64,000 nucleotides of DNA. It comes from the human T2T-CHM13v2.0 reference genome, Homo sapiens. Position numbers and translations under genes: made by a program. Positions 58,530 to 64,000 of this stretch are shown here, piece after piece (position 1 is the stretch's first letter; the number at the start of each line of letters is the position of its first letter). Location of the stretch: the NCBI RefSeq assembly GCF_009914755.1, contig NC_060932.1; one strand, 5' to 3'. The notes under the pieces are model-generated. The model ran no database searches. It saw only the letters and a list, made by a program, of their open reading frames with translations, and was not told the origin of the DNA.

Positions 58530-60109
58530 GTTACTTATACTATTTGGTGTTCTCTGAGCTTTCTGGGTCTGTTTCAGTTTCTGTCATTATTTTTGGAAAG
58601 TTTTCAGCCATTATTACATCTAATATTTCTTCTGCTTCATTTTTTCCTTCTTCTACTGATGTTACACCTTTTGAAATTGTCCCACAGTTCTTGGACGTCC
58701 TGTTTTGTTGGGTTCATTTCCCTCTTTCTTTTTTTTCTCTTTGCAGTTCAGTTTGAGAAGTTTCTATTGCCTTATCATCAAGCTCACTGATTTTTTCCTT
58801 GGCTATGTTCAGCCTACTGATGACCTCATCAAGGGAATCCTTTACTTCTATTACTATGTTTTTGATTTCTAACACCTCCTTTTGAGTCTTTCTTAGAGTT
58901 TCCACCTATCTTCTTACATTACGCATTTTTATATGTTGTCTATCTTTTCTGTTAGAGCCCTTAACATACTAATCATAGTTATTTTAAATTCCCCATCTGA
59001 TAATTCCAACATCTGTGTCACATCTGAGTCTGACTCTGATGATTGGTTTGTCTTTTCGGACTGTTTTTCTTGTCTTTTGGTATTCCTCATAGCATTGTAT
59101 TGAAAGCTAGACATTGTATTGTATACTAGGGGCTGAGATAATATGTTTTTAGTGAGAAAATTTATGTTAATATGGGTTTAATATTTGTTGTAGCTATAGC
59201 TGCCACAGATTTCAGAACCATTCAGTGTCCTTGTTTTTGCCTCTATCCTTGAGGGATTCCTAAATTCTCTTCTTCAGAGAAAGTCAGTGTCTTGTAGCTC
59301 TTTTGTATGTAATCAATTATTATTATACTGGAGCTCGATGGTTTGGTAGTAAAAGGTGGGGAGGAATAGCAGTCTATATATAATGTTAAAATTACATCTC
59401 AGTGTTTTGGTGAAGGGGAATGGTCTGTACCTTTTGGCTATGACCATCAACACTGTCTTCCCAGTGGTACAGCTTTTTTTTTCTTTTCTTTCTGCTCCCT
59501 CCTCCCTTTCTTGGATGCAGTCTTCCTAGTCCATTTCGTTGAAGCCCTGGCTCCTGTTGATTATTTTTTTATCTGAGGTGAGACAGGAAAGCTAGAAGGG
59601 CTTGGAATGGGTGGAATGACCGTCCCTCATGTAACATAACCTCAAAAAATGCCTCTTCTCTTAAATAGTAGGCCTTTATTTTAAAGAAGGCTCAAAGATT
59701 ACAATTATTCCTCTTTCCCTCTCCCTTCGGAAGCATGATGGGATGATTATCTGTTGGGTTTCCTGGAGATAAAGCTCCTGAAAATTTAGGGGTCTGCCTC
59801 AGACCTCAGCCATCAAGGAGTTTCTCATGCTCATGTTAGTTCACGCTCAGTCTCCAGCAATTCACCAAAATAATTACTTAAGTGTTCCTACCAGATGATG
59901 GCTCAAGAAGCTTAAGTTTCAGGTAAGCAGATCTTAGCTGTGCCTCTCTGTAAATGCCTGTCTCTCTGGATTTGGGGGTATTGATTTATGCTGAAACTTC
60001 AATTTCCTTATGGGTCCAAGAAAAGTCATTGATTTACAAATTTTTCTTGCTGTAGACAGAAGTGATAATATCCAAGCCCTTTACATGCAGCTGAACCTGG
60101 AAGTTTCTT

Positions 60110-62450
60110 TGTTTTAAAGTTCTTCATACAGGTTTCACACATGATTTGCTAAGTTTATTCCTATATACTTACTCTCCTTGTTGATATTGCAAATGAGGTT
60201 TTCTCTACCATTATAATCTTTAACAGGTTTGCTCCTTTAAATAAGGTTGCTGATTTCACCATATTATTTTTATATTCTGCAACTTCATTGAATTATTTCA
60301 TGGGTAACGCTTCTTGTATCATTGATTCTCTAAAGTTTTTTAGGCATACTATTAGGTTTGTGCAAAAGTAAATGTGGTTTTTACTGTTACTTTTAATTGG
60401 AAAAACTGCAATTACTTTTGCACCAACCAAATATTATTGCGAGTAGCAATAATTTTACTCCTTCTTTACCAATTCTTATACCTTTAATTGGTTTCTCTTC
60501 TTTAATTGCATAGGTAATACCTCTGATACAATGGTGTATAGTCATAAGGATGGTGGTCATCCTTGTCTTGTTTATAATCTTAATGAAAATGGTTCTGATA
60601 TTTTCCCATTTAGTAAGATATTGGCTTAGGATATCTATCTATCTATCTTATCATGCTAAGAAAGAAATTTTAAGTTTCTTTTTTTTTTAGTGTTTTCACC
60701 AGGAATCAGTATTGAATTTCATCAGAGGATTTTTCATTATCTATGGAGATACATAATTTTTTTTCTTAGATTTAATAATGTGGATTATAATACCAATGGG
60801 TTATCTAATATTGGACCAACTTTGCATTCTGAAAGAAATTCCACTTAGTTGTGTTGTATTGATTTCACAATGTATAAGATTCTGTTTGCTAATGTTTTAG
60901 TTGGTATTTTTACATCAATATCCATAAACATACTGCTCTGTAGGTTTTTTTTGTATTTTTAAAAATTTAGATTTAGGTATTAGTGTAGTACTTGCTTCTT
61001 AAAAATTGGGAACTTTTTATTCATCTTTAATGTTCTGCAGCACTCTATAAAACATTGGAAATATCAAATCTTTGATGATTCGGTAGAATTTTTTTCCAAA
61101 GTTATCTGGGCAAGGTGCTTTTTTGTTGATGTTTTTCTTAATAACTTACTTTTTATCTTCTATGGAAAATGTTGTCTATCTATAACTGAGTCAAATATCA
61201 TTTATTTTATTGCCCTAAGAAATTATCCATTTCCTCTGTTTTCAAACCTATTTGCATAGAGGTCTGCAAAATAGTCACGATATTTTAAATTTTTGTTTCA
61301 GTGGTTGTTTCCCCTTGTCATCTTCTATTTTTTTATTTTATAATTTCTCCTCTATTTTATTAATTTCTTCAAACTTACAGGAATTTGATTTCAATGGCAA
61401 AAGATTTATATCAAATCTTAAGAGAAACCAGAGTATAGGAATTCGATTAATAAGTCTACTGTTTTTCTATTTTTAATTGATTAATTTCTACTTTTATCTA
61501 ATTTTATGCTTCTTTGTGCTTTCTTTTTACTTTTTTATTGTTTTTTGAGCTGGGTTTTTAATTTCTTAATTTCGTTAAAAATTTTTAAATCAGAAATATT
61601 TAGTTTATTTAGTTCTGTGACTTTTCCTCTAAATACTAATTTCAATACATCTTTCCATTATTATTTTTCAGAAATTTTGTCATGTAAGTTTGTATTTTCC
61701 CTTTAGGTAGAATGTTTTCTAATAAACATTTTTTCTTAAAATTTGCGTGGAAGAGTCTTTTTGCTCTTTAATTCTGTTAACAATTTCTAGTTTTTATTGC
61801 ATTATGATATTTATTGTTGTGATATTTCTACTTTTTGAAACTTACTGATATTTTCTTTGTGACTTAATATTTGATTATGTTTTGTAAATGTTTTATTGCA
61901 CTTGAGAAGAGGTGTATTATTTACTGTATGGCTGTAAGTTTGGTATATGCTTATAAAGTTTGGTATATGGTTATAAAATCTACCCTGTTTTACATGTTGT
62001 CTAGATCTTACAACTCTTTAGTATTAAGTTGTGACTTTTAGCATTTTTGTTATATTTAATTTTTTTGGATTGAATTCTAGTTTGGCTGATAGCAGATCAC
62101 ATTCCTGATTTCTTATTGTTTCCATTGACTTTAATGTTTTGTTCATCTCTTAATTTTAGATTTTCTGATTCACCTTGTTTTATGTATGTTTTTTGTATGT
62201 AGCATATAGTTACATCTTGCTCTGTGTACCAAACTGAAAATCCTTTCCTTTTATTAATAGTTTAGCCCATTTTTTTACATTTATATTTAGCCCATTTATA
62301 TTTATATTGATATGGTTGCAATTTTTATTTTACACTCTGACACAATAGTTTATAGTTATGTATATTTTAAGTTATTTGCTATGTTTCTCTCTCTCCCTCT
62401 GCATGATGTGTCTTTTTTGCCTTTTAATATTTTTCTAGGTATGCTTTTGT
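60110..62450 (-). mobile_element. Very old L1 (L1M/L1ME) ORF2 remnant
   Basis: Antisense ORF2 motifs (ggtcatccttgtcttg; gattctgtttgctaatgtttt; aagttatctgggcaaggtgc). Confidence 0.7.
60352..60431. mobile_element. MADE1 (Hsmar1-derived MITE)
   Basis: 80-bp palindromic element ttaggtttgtgcaaaagtaa...ttacttttgcaccaaccaaa flanked by TA on both sides. Confidence 0.92.
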
Positions 62451-62719
62451 TTACCACAAAAGTGGCCAGCAGGGTAAGACCATGAGAAAACATGCATGGG
62501 GATTTGGTGTTTATTCTTTTTGTTACTTACAGTTATCATGAAGTTTGGGTATTCTCTATGTTCAGCTTATGCTGAGGGCATAATTTGCATAGTTTCATTT
62601 TTCTTATTATTTCTCTTTATTGCTTTTAGTTGTAGACAGGAACCCAGACAGTTGCTATCTTCCTCCATGACCTAGAATTCTGGCTTCTAGAAATCATAAG
62701 AATATTTCCCACTGTAGTC

Positions 62720-63872
62720 TGACATGCCAAATGTAGCTGTAGCAGTAATTAAATTGGTGGGGGGATTTTAGTAATTCGGTTGACAGCTTTTGGGAAATGA
62801 CATGGGCTGGATTAAAGACCATAGGAAACCCAGAAAGTTTTTATGCTGCTATACTAGTAAAACTGCCATTAATGTGGACTGTTCAAAATGCTGAAAGACA
62901 TATGGAACCTCAACTTTCTACAGGCAAGAAGCAGGCTGAGAAAGTCGTTCAAAGGTATATTTTTTCATGTTCTCTTCAAAAATGGCCAAATAGGGTGATG
63001 GAAAAAGAAGAATTCCAAGAACATGGAGCCAAGGGCTGTGGAAAACAACTGACTGAGGAGCCACTCCCAGGAAGCCAAACCGGGGCATTATCAGAAAATA
63101 TTATTCATCCTAAAAATAGACCCGCCATCCAGTGGGATTGTAGAATTGCTATGTACCAGTGAGTACAATATGCCTCCTCTCTTTCCCTGTGTGAATGGCA
63201 GTGTTTATTGTGACTATTTTGCCTGATTTCGCCTGATTTCACCACTATATGATGATTCGTCTTTTAATTCATAGGCCTCTAGATGGGGACGACCCATATC
63301 TATACTTGTGGTGGAGAGTGTGTTGTTCTGCCTAGATACCCCTCAGGAATGAAGGACCTACGTTCTCATCTGCTGGGAGTGCTTGTGAAAGATAGTCCTT
63401 AGTTGTCATCCCTCCTTTGGGCATTTCCAATGGCTTATTTCCCAAGGTCATATATTCTTACAGGGACTGCTCTGATTCACGTTGGGCATGAAGTTCCAGC
63501 CCTTTATACCCAAAATTATGAGGGGCCACTCTAAGCTGTAGAATTTCTTTTGGGTTACCTGGGGCTATCTTGGAACTGAATCACAGATCAACATCTCCAT
63601 CTGTCTAATCCTTCTTTTACTGTTTTCTACAAGTGTTTGTCTCAAGAGTACTCCCAAATAATTATAGGGCGTGCTAATTTCTTTCTCAGGTTATACGTTC
63701 CAGGAAACCTAATCTGCATCAAGTCCTGATATATGTCTACCACAAGTTGCTGAATTTTAAACTTGATGCTCTGTGGGATGAGATGTTTTAGGGAGTCTTG
63801 TGAGTGTCACCACTCACTAAATATATCTCAGCATGTATGTGGGAATGAATAATTGTAGTCATGAGTAAAGAC
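62720..63872 (+). mobile_element. MLT1 (MaLR) internal-region remnant, interrupted by an LTR16-like element
   Basis: gaattgctatgtaccagtga...gaatggcagtgtttattgtg resembles recalled MLT1-int and leads into an MLT1 LTR. Confidence 0.5.
63307..63721 (+). mobile_element. LTR16-like solo LTR
   Basis: tgtgg...cctagatacccctcaggaatgaaggacc...ccaggaaacctaatctgcatca; reverse-complement homologue of the LTRs at 17.1 and 21.8 kb. Confidence 0.65.
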
Positions 63873-64000
63873 TATGGTAGATGGTAAAGATGGCTCCATT
63901 TTTTCACTGCTCCCTATATTCATGTCTTTTGCCATCTTACTTTGCAGTGTTCCTCCATTCTGACACAGTACATGGCCACGTAACTTGCTTTTTCCTAGGA
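63873..64000 (+). mobile_element. MLT1 LTR 5' part (runs off the window)
   Basis: tatggtagatggtaaagatggctcc...ctttgcagtgttcctcc...tggccacgtaacttgcttt. Confidence 0.65.

Noticed and set aside
62797-63162. 121-aa ATG-initiated ORF
   Set aside because: It falls within a probable MLT1 internal remnant; no known protein similarity that I recognise and no splice support.

Overview
This window is primate genomic DNA, almost certainly human because it carries an AluYa5 with all five diagnostic bases. It is AT-rich and mostly made of transposable-element remains, consistent with intergenic or deep-intronic sequence. I found no credible cellular protein-coding gene, RNA gene, CRISPR array or prokaryote-style system. 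The long ORFs are broken L1 ORF2 pieces, L1 ORF0, ERVL pol remnants or Alu read-throughs. Main structures: (i) a ~20 kb nested stack at 29.7-49.9 kb, where an L1MB-like host carries a full-length L1PB-like element (itself holding an AluY and a THE1), an L1PA4/5-like element with an ORF1 deletion, two L1 stubs and a THE1; (ii) an ERVL/HERV16-like proviral remnant at 17.1-22.2 kb; (iii) a twin-primed inverted L1 and a young AluYa5 inside an old minus-strand L1 at 52.8-60.1 kb; (iv) five THE1 solo LTRs. The most unusual signals not explained by repeats are a perfect 43-bp palindrome within an octamer/FOX motif cluster near 1.1-1.6 kb, several hairpins that look like template-switch products, and a ~285-bp foreign segment captured inside an L1 fragment. 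Repeat subfamily names come from recalled consensus sequences and need RepeatMasker/Dfam confirmation. Ends of old elements are approximate.
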